Shown here one piece after another: positions 37,285-50,209 of a stretch of DNA of 64,000 nt. Origin of the DNA: Gekko japonicus (Eukaryota). The stretch is taken from positions 391,097 through 455,096 of the forward strand of contig NW_015175971.1 of NCBI RefSeq assembly GCF_001447785.1. The letters are read 5' to 3'. The translations under genes were made by a program, and so were the position numbers. Each line of letters starts with the position of its first letter. Position 1 is the first letter of the stretch. Below the pieces are notes generated by a model. That model ran no database searches. It saw only the letters and a program-made list of their open reading frames with translations, and had not been told where the DNA came from.

Positions 37285-38205
37285 TCCCTGCCGAGGTGTG
37301 AGAGATCCCACAGGGCCCTGATCTCGCCAGGGAGCTCTTTCCAATAGGTCGGAGCTGCCAAAGAAAATGCCCTGGTCCTGGTCAATGTCAGCCTGGCGTC
37401 CTTTGGACCAGGGAGGGTCAAGTGGTTTTGTGATCCTGATCTCAGTGCTCTCTGGGGAACATGCGAGGAAAGGTAGGCTGGTCCCTGATCATAAAGGGTT
37501 CTAAAGGTCAAAACCAGCACCTTGAAGCGAATCCGGTATGCTATTGGCAGCCAGTGCAGTGTCTTTAGCACAGGCTGGATGTGCTCCCATACAGGGAGAC
37601 CCATCAACAGCCTGGCTGCCGCATTCTGCACCAGCTGCAGCTTCCAGAGTTGCACCAAGGTCAGCCCCATGTAGAGCGTGTTGCAGTAGTCCAGCGTTGA
37701 GGTGACCATTGCGTGGATCACCGAAGCCAGATCATTGTGTTCGAGGAAGGGAACCAACTGCCTAATCAGCCGAAGGTGGTAAAAGGCTACCTTGGCAGCA
37801 GCTGCTACCTGGGCCTCAATTGTTAAGGAAGCATCCAGGAGCGCTCCCAAACTCCTGACCTTCGGCGCTGGCACCAACAGTGCCCCATCAAAGGCTGGTA
37901 GTGGGATCTCTACCCCCGGACCGCTCCAATTCAGGCATAGGACCTCCGTCTTCATTGGATTCAATTTCAATCAACTCAGTCTAAGCCATCCATTCATGTC
38001 TTGTAAGGCCCGGTCCAGGTCTTCCGGGGTGGAGTCAGACTGACCACCCAACAACAGATAGAGCTGGGTGTCATCCACATATTGATGACACCCTAGCCCA
38101 TGTCTCCGGGCAATCTGGGCAAGGGAGCGCATATAGATGTTAAATAGCATCAGGGAGAGCACCGCCCCTCTGTCTTGTAATAAGGAATGGATCCAGTGGC
38201 AGAAG
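37285..38205 (-). mobile_element. L2-clade LINE RT 3' portion
   Basis: GAVLSLMLFNIYM, QYVDDTQLY, LDYCNTLYMGL, KLQLVQNAAARLL and LHWLP. Confidence 0.9.
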
Positions 38206-38299
38206 AGGGGGACATGGTGAAATCTCTTTTCCAGGTGCAAAAATATTTGAAGCCAGAACTATACAGAATATTACAATCAGTACTTGGTCCACTGGGACC

Positions 38300-39404
38300 A
38301 AGCAGGGATCAGTACTTGGTCCACTGCTTTTTAACTTGTTCATTAATGATTTGGAGTTGGGAGTAAGCAGTGAAGTGGCTAAATTTGCGGATGATACGAA
38401 GTTGTTCAGGGTGGTGAAAACCAGTGAGGATTGTGAGGCACTCCAAAGGGATCTGTCAAAGATGCGCAAGTGGGCGTCAACATGGCAAATGGGGTTCAAT
38501 GTGGCCAAGTGCAAGGTGATGCACATTGGAGCCAAAAATCCTAAATATAAATACACATTGATGGGGTCTGAACTGGCAGAGACAGATCAAGAGAGAGATC
38601 TTGGAGTTGTAGTAGATAACTCACTGAAAATGTCGAGACAGTGTGTGACTGCAATAAAGAAGGCAAATGCTATGCTGGGGATTATTAGGAAGGGTATTGA
38701 AAACAGATCAGCCAATATAATAATGCCCCTATATAAATCAATGGTGAGACCTCATTTGGAATACTGTGTGCAATTCTGGTCACCACACCTTAAAAAGGAT
38801 ATTATAGCTTTGGAAAAAGTGCAGAAAAGGGCAACTCGAATGATAAAAGGGTTGGAACACTTTCCCTATGAGGAAAGGTTAAAGCGCTTAGGGCTCTTTA
38901 GCTTGGAGAAAAGACGACTAAGGGGTGACATGATCGAGGTTTATAAGATTATGCATGGGAAAGAGCAGGTAAAGAAAGAGGTACTTTTCTCCCTTTCTCA
39001 CAATACAAGAACTCGTGGGCACTCCATGAAATTGCTGAGCGGTCGGGTTAGAACGGATAAAAGGAAGTACTTCTTCACCCAAAGAGTGATTAACACTTGG
39101 AATTCACTGCCACAGGAAGTGGTGGCAGCTACAAGCATGGACGGCTTCAAAAGGGAATTAGATAAGCATATGGAGCAGAGGTCCATCAGTGGCTATTAGC
39201 CACAAGGTATAGATAGGGACTCTGGGGCAAGTGATGCTCTGTCATCTTGGTGCTTGGGGGGGGCAACAGTGGGATGGCTTCTAATGTCCTGGCCCCACTG
39301 GTGGACCTCCTGATGGCACTGGTATTTCTGGCCACTGTGTGATACAAAGTGTTGGACTGGATGGGCCTTTGGCCTGATCCAACATTGGCATCTCTTATGT
39401 TCTT
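38300..39404 (+). mobile_element. CR1 LINE, 5'-truncated, with open RT C-terminus (38336-39199) and 3' UTR
   Basis: KFADDTKL, RPHLEYCVQFWSP, LGLFSLEKRRLRGD and WNSLP; tail ...cttatgttctt. Confidence 0.93.
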
Positions 39405-39505
39405 ACAATGACAGGAAGGAATCACCAACCAACTTTGGCTTCCTTTTAGCACTATTTCAAAATTTAATAAGGCTGCCTCCTCCAGCCAATATGAATAAGG
39501 CAAAC

Positions 39506-40408
39506 TGCTGCGGGCAGTGGAAAGGTTAGCACCCAGACCCCTCCTACGGAAGGGCAGATTTAAGTTGGCCCCCCTTTAATTATCACCCTCAAAATCATGA
39601 ATGTACTGGGCAACTTGGCCTGGAAATAGAACCAAGATGGGAGTTGGAAACAAACAAAATGGATGCTGGCCACAGAGGAGCCTGGGAAACTATTTTGGGA
39701 AGGTGACTCAGGGTACTGACTTGCTAATAGATCTCTCCCCACTTTTAAGAGATACTTAATTTCAACAATGGATTTCTAAGGAAAGCAATCACCAGCCCTG
39801 GCTGACCTCATAACACCTTGTCATGCCCCCCCTTCTCCCATTCACCTTAATTGATAGGCTACTCATATAACCTGATAGCCTCTCCCATCCTGTACTCAAG
39901 GGCCATCAGAAAACCATTAACACTTTGACCACCCATGGGAAAGCCATCAAAGCTCTTCCAACACATTGTTTTATCCCCCAAGAAGCCAACCATAGTATTG
40001 TTTTAGCCTTGCCTTGGGCTACGTTTTCCCCTATAAAAATGGAGCATTCTGCCCCATGCATTTGGTACCATACCTCACACCCAGAGGACTACCCATTTCA
40101 TTATATTCTCCATGGACCTTGCTTCTTCTGGACTGGTAACTAGAATTCCTCCAAAAAACCCTTTTATATTCCCACTCCTCCTTGTATTTCTGTTAGCTTG
40201 TGTTCCAGTGTGCATTTATTTCTTTTTGTGTATTATTTTATTATTTCCTCTTTCAATAAAAATAACCTTTCATGGTTGAGCTACAGCCTAGTTTATTTCT
40301 GAGAGTTTCTCTAAGGGAAAAATCCTCATAAACTTTGGTGGAAATCTTTGCAGTTACCCTCCTCTCGCTAAGCAAAAGGAACTAAATCCCCCCCCCCTTT
40401 GGGTAACA
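39506..40408 (+). mobile_element. Probable solo LTR
   Basis: TG...TAACA ends with flanks caaac/gaaac (1 mismatch); TATAAAA at ~40033 and AATAAA at ~40255 in LTR-like order. Confidence 0.45.
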
Positions 40409-43400
40409 GAAACAAACTGTTAACAGCAATAGAGTGTTGGCCACAAATGAGTTTGTACCACACTATGCCCACAGCATGGCAGAAAATCTTTCTCCTCTGC
40501 CATGGGATGAGGGCTCCACCTAGCAATTAGTTTCATACACAGGATCATAATGCTAGATGGACATATTTCTATTTAATGACTGCATCAGTAACTGTCTTTC
40601 AGCCCAATACAAACACAATGCAAAAGCTGTTTCCCACCTATTTATCTACTTTATACTGGATTGGGTCCAGAGTAAAATTTTCCATTAGTGGGAATGAACT
40701 TTCCCACTTCTCCATGAAATACTATTCTTGGTGGACGGGGGTGGGAATTATTGCCAATTTAAAATGGATCTGTCCTACTGAATAATACTACTGGCCCACC
40801 TAGCCCAGCACTGTATGCTGGGAATAGCGCTGCAGGGTCCTTCTCGACCCCTGCTGTTTTAATTTCAGTGAAGATGTCAGGGAACAGCCATGTACTTTAC
40901 TCACAATCCAACCTAGTAAAAACATAATTTTACATAGAAAGATGCATCTTTCCATTTCAGTTCCCAACTCCAAAACAATCTCTTGGGCCGTTAGGCAAGC
41001 TACTTGGAAGGCAGATCTCTTTTACAAAACAGCAACAGCACTTCTTCATTTCTGAAAGAACTAAAGAGGGAAACATTTTAAAAAGCCCAAAATGCTAGGG
41101 CCCCTTCTTGATAATGTTTACTGTTGTATGTTAAGCATGATATTAGACATCAGTATTCAATATTAGAATGCTTGAGTCTCTCTTAACTCTTATTCAACAT
41201 TTGGTTTTTCTTTGGATCAAAATGAGTGACTTATAAATTTGAGAAATCAGCCCCAAAAGCTAGCTGGGCACATGGCAGTGGGATTTTTTAGAAAGGCATT
41301 CTTTGAACAGAAAATAGGTGTCGTGCCAAGAACTCCCCTCTGTTTCAAGAGCAGCACATGGGGCTGTTAGTCACACCACACAAGTACAAAGACCTTTGGG
41401 GTACCAGGCACAATTACTCTCATGGCTCTTTAGATGTTACAATAATACAGCAAGGAACAAGAAGATTAACAGTAAACACTTCTCCACAGGGACAGCTACC
41501 TTATTTTACTGTGGGATATCTCACTCATGAAAATGCTGAAAGCAAGCTTAAGATAGCAACAGCAGTCAGATTTAGTCATGCGGTAACATGATGACGCTTG
41601 CAGCCTTTTCTCAGGGCGCCAGGAGTGTTGCCCAGGCTGTATATAAAAACCACCCACTAGTGACAGGTTTCTGGGAAGAAGCATCCTACCTTTGTCAAGA
41701 AGCCCAGGTATTCAATGTGTAGGCAAGTGTGAGATGGGTCACTGTACTCAGCCCAGTACTCATGGTCGCTCCCTGAACACCAGTTCAGATCACTAATGGT
41801 AGTGTGTGTAGTATGAGAAAGGAATGGGGCAGATAATCAGTCAATAGGCAGCAAAGTCACATATGAACAACATGTGGTTTGTGTGTGTTTTTTGTTTGCA
41901 AGAAGTTCTGTTCATGTAGGGAAAACGTCATGTTTGAAGCATCAAAAAATTCAATGTTGAAAATTGCCCCAGGCAGGTTTTATGCTATTCCATTCTGAGT
42001 ACAGATGCGTGCCGGTAAGGTACCCCAAAGTAATCGAAACCATGTAAACCTCTACACACCACCTACAAGATCAGAAAAAACTCCCGATGAAATTCTCTTT
42101 TGCTCACTTTAACAGACTGAACTGTTAACATACGAGATTTTGTCTGACAACTTTTTTTCAACTGAAGCTTGGCATACAGAGGGGGAGAAGAAAATCCAGT
42201 GAAGCTTTCACAACCAAAAACATCAGAATTCAGAGATAGCATGTGTGCTTCAGAAGCATTTTAATTTATAAACAGCAATTCCCATTGACTTTATACCATA
42301 AAAAAGGCAATTTACAAGCAAGGAACAAGAAATCCATCAGAACAAAATAAAGCAGCACAGAAATATTCATGTCACAAATTCTAAAAAAAATGAGTACAAG
42401 AGTAAAATATCATTTGAATAAATATTCTAAAATATTTCATGCTATAAAATAATCCTTAATGGCATTCCTTAGTTGCCTTAACAGCATCCGCTTTAGCTAG
42501 CTTCATTTACTTCATATGGTGATGAAGTGTGGAGTTTGTGAGGTTACCGGTTTAAATATTGCAAGATACTGACACTGAGGTAAGTCATTCAAAGTGTTCA
42601 AATATTTATGAAGGGATACAAAAAGCTATCCATACATGATAAGTTTACTTAAAAATTCCATTTTTTTCCTGGTAAAACAAATGCAGTCACAGCGTGCAAA
42701 TCAGCCAGGTTTCTCGCATCTGATCGAAAGATGTGTAAACGTGCCCTCTGAAAGTCCAGAGACTGACTTCCAAACACACACCAGTGGTTTCCAAGCTTAC
42801 TATCATCCACCTCAAGCTAGTCAGCAGGGAAGTCCTGTCTGCTGAATTCTCGGAGATGTTTTAGGTTAGATGTGCTCTCTCAGTTCAAAACAGGCCAGAC
42901 CTACAGATCATGCGTACCCTGAGAGTGGGGGCTCACACCCAATACACCGCTCTCTGTGGCTGCATGATGGAGGGGGAAATTAGGCTACATTTGGAAACCA
43001 TGACAAATAGTGGACTGAACAAACCCCCATTAGTTGATACACATCTTTGCAAACAGTTCAAAAAAGAAAATGGTTTATTGGGTCAGCATCAAAAAGACTT
43101 CAAATCAGAGCTGGAAACTGGTTTGTTGATATTTATCCTGCTCTTCCTTCAAGAAACTCAGGGAGGCATGATTTCCCCTCCCCCCAATTTCATCCTCAGA
43201 ACAGCCCCATGAGGTAGCTTAGGCAGAGAGAAAGCGACCAGGCCAAGGTCACCCAGCAAGTTTCATAGCTGAACCTGGGACCTCCCAGGTTCTTGTTCAA
43301 CACTCGTCACCACTACACCACATTGGCTCTCAGTTTATATTAAGTGTGATTGGCAGTGAGGTCTGAATTTGCAAATCAATTTATTGAGAAGCACCATCTC

Positions 43401-44736
43401 TAGCAAAGATGCCCTCTCTGCCAGGAGGCGTGAGAGGAAGCAAGAATTAGACAAACCAGGGTTCACACAAAATTGATTTGTTACTCCAGATAAGTCTGTG
43501 GCACAAATCATGGCTAAAACAGTTTGTTGTGATGCCTAAACACAGCCTGGGTGATGGTAAGCATCTTCTCTTTGTCAAAATCTTCCAAGGAATCTCCATG
43601 TTCTGCAGGTCCCAGTTTGAAAACCACAAGAGCACACCAAGAGACATGGCCCATGCCTTCGAAGTAGCGGCCACGGCCACAGCCTTGCTGTTGAGACCTT
43701 GCTCCACATGAGGACAGAACAGTCCTTTCCCAGATCCAACTCCTATTTAGCACTGTTATGTAAGCTTGGATAAGAATGCTGTTTCAGCCATGATTTAGCA
43801 CAACAGGGTGCAGAGTGGTAGCTGATAAAAAGAGAGGTGCATGACAGTCAAACTCTGAACATTCTGAATGACTTCACTGAACTTTGGGTTCAGTTGCTGA
43901 GTATTACTGTTGCTTACAATTCATGAACTAAATAGATTCATATATTTTTATATATATGTATATATATATATATAAATGATTTACACAATTCCCAAATACT
44001 TTAAAATATATAAAAATTTAATAAATAACCCTGACCATTCTAAAAGCACCATTCAAGGGTTAAATTCCCTTAGAAAATAGATTAGGTGTTGCATATTTGA
44101 GTCCCTTTTCAGTGGCATCTGCATGAAACCCTTTCAGATGATGACCAAAGTAAGAAGTCACAGTAAACTAACAAAATTTCAAAGATACTTATTTGAAAAG
44201 GTAAAGCTCAGTTACCCCAGTCCTTGATTTACAACTTCCTTCCAGTCCTTCTCAAGGTCAGTCCACAACATCTGCATTGGAAGAACTTAAATTTTGGCTA
44301 GAAATAAGTGGACGATTTCAGGACAAATTTAGTCAGTTTGCCTCTATGATGATTCTTTAAAATTTCAGTTCTGGTCAGGAGTGCTCAGTCATGTAAATGA
44401 TTGTATGCTGCCTTTGATTTCATTCTCAACACACTCCCAAAGGCCTGCTGCCTGTGTCAATATTGGCTGAGGCATACACAGGAGGCCAGATCTTAGCCAT
44501 TGCTGGACTTTAGGACTGTACCCTCCTCCACCAGTCTTAACCATGGTTAAGCCTAAGTAGGTTACCAGCTCAACCACAGTCCTTTGTCAGGTGTTAAATC
44601 TGATTAAGAACCATGATTAAATTGGTGAGGTTGGTGCACAGCCAAAGTGAAAGCAGAAGAGGAGGGGGTATGGAATTCATTGGAAAGACACACAAATCTG
44701 CAGCTCCCAATTTCTTTCCTGTGGTTAGGAGATCAA

Positions 44737-44825
44737 CAGTGCAATCCTATGCAGAGTTAATTCAAGCCTAAATCCACTGATTTAAATGGCCTTAGAACTG
44801 GAATAACTGCACAGAATGGCACTGT
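44737..44825. mobile_element. Short palindromic MITE
   Basis: cagtgcaatcctatgcagagtt...gcactg; related copies at ~15625-15705 and ~49773-49862. Confidence 0.55.
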
Positions 44826-45059
44826 AAGCCAGTTATGTAATTTCTAGTCATTTCTCATGCTCTAACGCTCAGGACAAAGCATGGATCAGAGAAGGACTGG
44901 AAGAAGGCTGCTGCAACTTCACGATTCTCTCCTTTAGGACAAACATCTCCAAGTTTTGGCTGACAGTAAATTCTGCCAAACAGTGAACAGACAGTATCCT
45001 TTCTGCATTTAAAAGCATTCACACTTGAATACAGAACCAACCTGTGAGGCGCTCCGTTG

Positions 45060-48000
45060 CTAGAAAATGAACACTTATTTACAAAGCATTTTTTAGTCTA
45101 TTTACAACTTCAATAGAAATTATACGGAAGGTAAATCAGTTAGGAAAAATTAACAGCTGCTTAAAACCACGTACATTAGCAAAAAAGTATAAAAATTTTC
45201 TTTTCACAGTCTGTAAATAGGTTAAAACATCTAGAAAAGAAAAAAGGACACTGTCACTGTTTTTTTTCACATTGTCTATATGTGGCTTTAAAAGGTAGAT
45301 TAAGAGACTCAATTATGAACCAGCCTGTATGAGTTCATATATTAAATCCAATGTTTCATATATCACTGATTTTTCTTAACTTCTAAATTTATTGTTAAGT
45401 GAAATGTATTAACAGTTCTGCACTACCCTAAAACTGTACAATATCAGTACTGTACAGCACCTAAGCAATTCACTGCATGCTTTGCACCTTCAGAGACATG
45501 AGATATGAACTTCAAATGGATAAGAACATCGTTCCATGGTAATAGGGTACCATCATGTGACAAGGCACAGTTTAGCTGATGCTGCCAGATCTGCAATTCA
45601 TTGTCTGCCAGACTGTCTTGTTGTGACATGTGAACAAGGGCTTGGATTCAGCGATGCGCAAGCGGAAACAGACTTAGCACTGTTCTGTTTGCAGAAGATC
45701 TTGTGCAACAACAATCACTTTCCTCCTTGTACATTATAGTGCCAGGAAATTTGTAGCACAAGATCTTGTGCAAGAGGAAAGGCCATGTGGGAATACAATA
45801 AATCTGACTTGGTGCAAGCAACTAAAGCAGTCTTTTCCTTGCACTTCTCCAGCAAGAGCTTTAACGCAAGCAGAAGTTCTGTGCTGGATCCAACCCAAGG
45901 ATTCTAGGGCAAAATTCTACAGCCATAAGGGTTGCTTCACACAAGACATTTTGCTGCACACAGAAGTAGTCCCAAGCCATACACGAGCATCTGAAGGCGC
46001 ATACAGACAACCGTAATGTGTGAAATGGGCAACCATGGATAAAGGCAGCAGCAAGTCCTTCAATCAAAAAGCACATTTTCCAGCAGCCACACCCAGTGTT
46101 GATTAGGGGCTCAAAGACACAGAACTGCTGCCCAAAATAGCGTCCCCTTCTTGAATTTTCCTGTTTGATTATGTAAAATTATGCATTTCCACACCAGACA
46201 ACAATGTGAAGCAGGAGCAGGAAAACACACAATTCAATGGCACGCCTGTTTCTGCTGTTCCACCCTTTACCTGTGGTTGTCTAATTTTGCATCTTACGTT
46301 GCCCATGAGACTACATAGCCAGGGATAGGTGGTAAATACAGGAAAATATCTGGTGGGAGCCATCCCTTAGGAACGTTTAAGCCTCACAGCAAAACCCATG
46401 GAATATAAGCATGCAAACGTTCTCAAGACCAGGCCCCCTAAGAGCTGGCCTAAACATCCTGCAAAGCTTTGTGTTCTTTACAGTACTATATTATGGCTTG
46501 ATAATTCTTCACCCCACCAGGCAGTGGGAAAGAACAAACATATTGACACAAGTGAGTACACAGAATTCAAAATCTCTTAAATTAGGGTATTGTTGGGGAA
46601 GAGAACTCCTAGCCCATTAACAGTCCCACCGCAATGTTTTGAACCTGAAACCTGTACAATCAAAAAGGATGTATAATTTTGGATAAGTCACTCTTTGGTA
46701 AACTCAAACCAGCTCAAACAAGCTTACAGTTAAAATAAGCATATGCAAAATAACGTTTAAGACTGACAGAGGAGCAAAAGCCAGGAAACAAAGTTGACTG
46801 CCTTTCCCATCGTTCCTTAACTCACTCTTCTGTGGAGTAAGCCAAGTGGTTTGCAAAGGCACCACAGCACAGTTTCATGGCAAAGGGTAAAAATGTAACT
46901 CTGCGTGCCTGGCCTTTTGCTAGAGGGCCTTTCAAAACGCAATCAAATCTACTTCATTACTTTAGCAAAAAGCTTTATCAAACTGATAACACACCGCCTT
47001 GTGTTAAGAGGGTAAATGTACAGAGATGTAAACCTCCCTTTAGAGCGCATAGATGGTCAGAGAGCCAAAGGAGTTGTGTGTGCAAGCGGAAAACACCCAC
47101 AAACACACAGACATCCTCTGTGCATGTGTGTTCAAACCCCCCCCCCCACTGCATGTCACTCCAGAAAATTCCTGACCTTCAGGAGAGGCTGGGAGGGGGA
47201 AGGGGGAGTTGTGCACAGCCCTTCGGATCCCAGTCCTGGCTTCTAGTAATAGAAACTATTTATTTATTTTTTAGTGTTCCTTGAGAAGAGGCGGGGGAAG
47301 GAATCTCTTAGGCAGCTTTAGGAGGAAAGGGCTGATTATGTACCCAGTTTAAGTTAAGGCCCTATTTATGGAGCAGACCTGATTCACCGTGATTTGTAGT
47401 AGGGTTAATCCTTATTACTAGCTTTCATAACAGTAATGAAAAACTTAGGCTAAAAATACTGCACAAGTCTATTCTCTGTGATGCTTATAATCATGAAAAT
47501 CTCATACAAAGCTGTAAGCCCTCAAAAACCACTGTAAGGCAGTAAACTTAATTCTTTACCAATAACTTGGAAGAGGACAACATAGTTGGGGGGGGGGGAG
47601 CAAGTCGCTTGCACTCCAGCCGAAATACTTCATACAATATATTGTTTTTTTTCACAAGCCCGTTACTACGTATCAGCCATTACAGCTGTGTTTTCAGTGT
47701 TTACTCTAGAATATTCCTTAAATACATAAGTAACTTCAGCAGAATGAGAATTGGAGAGATAATTAAACTTCAAAATAAGGAAAAAAACACACATTTCTTA
47801 TCAGATTAAAACTTCAAGTTGGGAATCATAAGAACTAAAACAAAAGGCTCAGATTCAAGAGTCATCACATTAAAAATATACAAACAAATCTCACCGAAGC
47901 CAGCAAAACATTCACACCCTCTCAAAATATTGACTGGCACAGGTGCAATTATATTCCTATGCAGCATTCATTATCCTATTCTGTTCTGGGTCTACAAAAG

Positions 48001-50209
48001 GAAAGGTCCAGTTTGAAGAACAGTAAGAGCATGCTGCCACCTGTAACTGAAAGCACCTGCAACAGAAATCTGGGGTCTTGAGAACTACAGATCCACCTGC
48101 CCGGGGCACCTTTATTGATGGCCACCAGCCAAGCAAGCACATTGGCTCTCAAGCCACCTCCCTTCAGGCCTGTTTGCACCATCCTCACCTTGGTTCTGAA
48201 CTTCTGCACCACTCCCAGTCCTAGCAGTGTTAAGTGATGCAGAAATGGACTGAGTGCCCCAGGGGTGGAGGGGAGCAATCCAGACCAAAGAGTTACCAAA
48301 AAAAAAAAAAAAAGCATCTCATTCTGCTAAGCCTAAATATATCTAAGTGTCATCTTATGCTTATATACTGAATGGGTAACAAAATATATAGGCTCGGATG
48401 CTGTTCAGTATGAGCGGAGTGGCCTTCACAGAAGTGAACTTTCGAGCCTCCCTACCACCACTGAGGCCTGCTCTGCCTTCCAAAAAAATCATGCTTTCTG
48501 GAGACAAACAGATCCCCAAAATAACATGGGGACAAAAGGGAAGATCTGCTGGTTGGGGGACAGAATATCCTCCCTGGCTAGCAGACATGCCTTCTGCCAA
48601 CGAAAAGCGTAGTTAGGATCCAAGCCATAATCTGTTTACTTGGTAGGATTTTTGATACAGTAATGTTTGCCAGCTCACACTTTTGAGGTCTGTTTCAGGA
48701 AAATAAAAAAAGCTTAACTTGAAAGATGATTTTACTACTGTTAGGTTTCACATTTTAAAAAATGCTATACTGACCTAAGCAAAAAGATTAGCACCGCATT
48801 TTTTTTAAAAATCAAGCACTGGGGGGGGGGGGCTCTTACAAATTTGTGATGTTTGTTAGTGGCTCATTATGGAAAAATACTGAGTAGCCACTGAAATTGT
48901 AGAGAAGCCAAAAAGCCCCTCTAATACAATTAGACATATTGCTCATTATTCCCATATTAGTATTATTACAAAAGAAGTAAAAAATAAGAAGTGCTTCAGT
49001 TTCACTTAAAAATGGTAAATAGGAAGTTATGGCGCACCTGAAGACAGCTCTCTGGAAGAGATCTGCTAAAACACTGTTCTGAAATATTGTAGATTCAACT
49101 ACAACATCCTTAACAACATATTATTAAACCAACCTTAATTACGCTGAATACGTGATAAGATTGGTTTACCTGGTATGCTTCTACAGTACAAGATGAAGGT
49201 AGATTCTGAGGACAGTAAAAACATTTAAAACCACAATGCTACTTTTGGGTTGGCTAATATAACAATACATGTCTATATCAAAAAAAGGGTCAGCACCACA
49301 CATTGTCCAGTTTATACTCCAGACAAAAAAGACAAAAAAAATCCTCATTTGTAAGTTAATATGCTTATGGCATTTGGTTTGTATATTGTATATGCTATTG
49401 GAGCAGAGGTGTTTAAACAATACACTTTGCTCACTTTTGGACACAATATTTGAACGTGGAAAATGTCCAAAACTTTGTGATAGAAAAACCCAGAAAAACT
49501 TCAGCAAAAATCCTAAATAGAGGAAAGCCTTGTAGAGAGAGAGTTGCCCGCCCCCATTGTGAGATAGTCCTACATTCACCCCAACCAGAAGAGAAAAAGT
49601 GAACATTTTATATAGTTTATATATAATATATATTATTATATAAAATTCAAAAGCTATCAAAATAGTTATTACAAAAAGAAAAAAAAACCCAACAAAACCC
49701 CCACAACTCAATATGACACATGGATGGGACTCTAGGAGGCATTTCTGTGCTCCTAAGTAACGTGTTTGGTTAAGGCTGCAATCCTAGCACACAACCTGGA
49801 AGTAAGTCACATTGAATTCAGTGGGATTTACTTTTAAGTAAACATGCATAGGACTGGGCTGCGCAAAGCACAACACGAGACAACACACTCCCTGGGCGTA
49901 TCAGCCAGCAATATCTTTTTCCTCCCCACTCCCCAATCTTTCACTGTTGGAATCCCAACCCCACCCCTCAAGTGCATTGCTTCTATAACATTCGGCCCTT
50001 TTTTCCAAGGAGTAAATCTATCCTTCCTTCCTTCAAAGCAATGAGAAAACAAAACAGCAGCCTTCTACCCAGGAACAACGTTGACAAGACTTGTAAAATA
50101 AGGAAAAGCTAAAATGCCGCTATACCTTTTATGAAAGTTACCAAAGCAACAAAAAAGAAATGCATTGATCAATGTGCTTTGTTTGGGCTGCACGGAGGGA
50201 CACAGTCTT
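45060..50209 (-). other. Probable long 3' UTR of ZBTB34 (end uncertain; could extend to ~42260)
   Basis: Nearly repeat-free, AU-rich sequence directly after the stop. Candidate end signals are AATAAG-like at ~45074-45079 and ATTAAA at ~42260 on the minus strand. Confidence 0.5.

Noticed and set aside
38150-38335. L2 and CR1 apparently truncated head-to-head at the same RT motif
   Set aside because: L2 similarity continues further (WIHSLLQDR) after an internal deletion, so the symmetry is coincidental. The 19-bp duplication at the CR1 5' junction is ordinary junction noise.
49181-49711. 176-aa hydrophobic ORF
   Set aside because: U-rich 3' UTR sequence with a non-ATG start; a compositional artefact.
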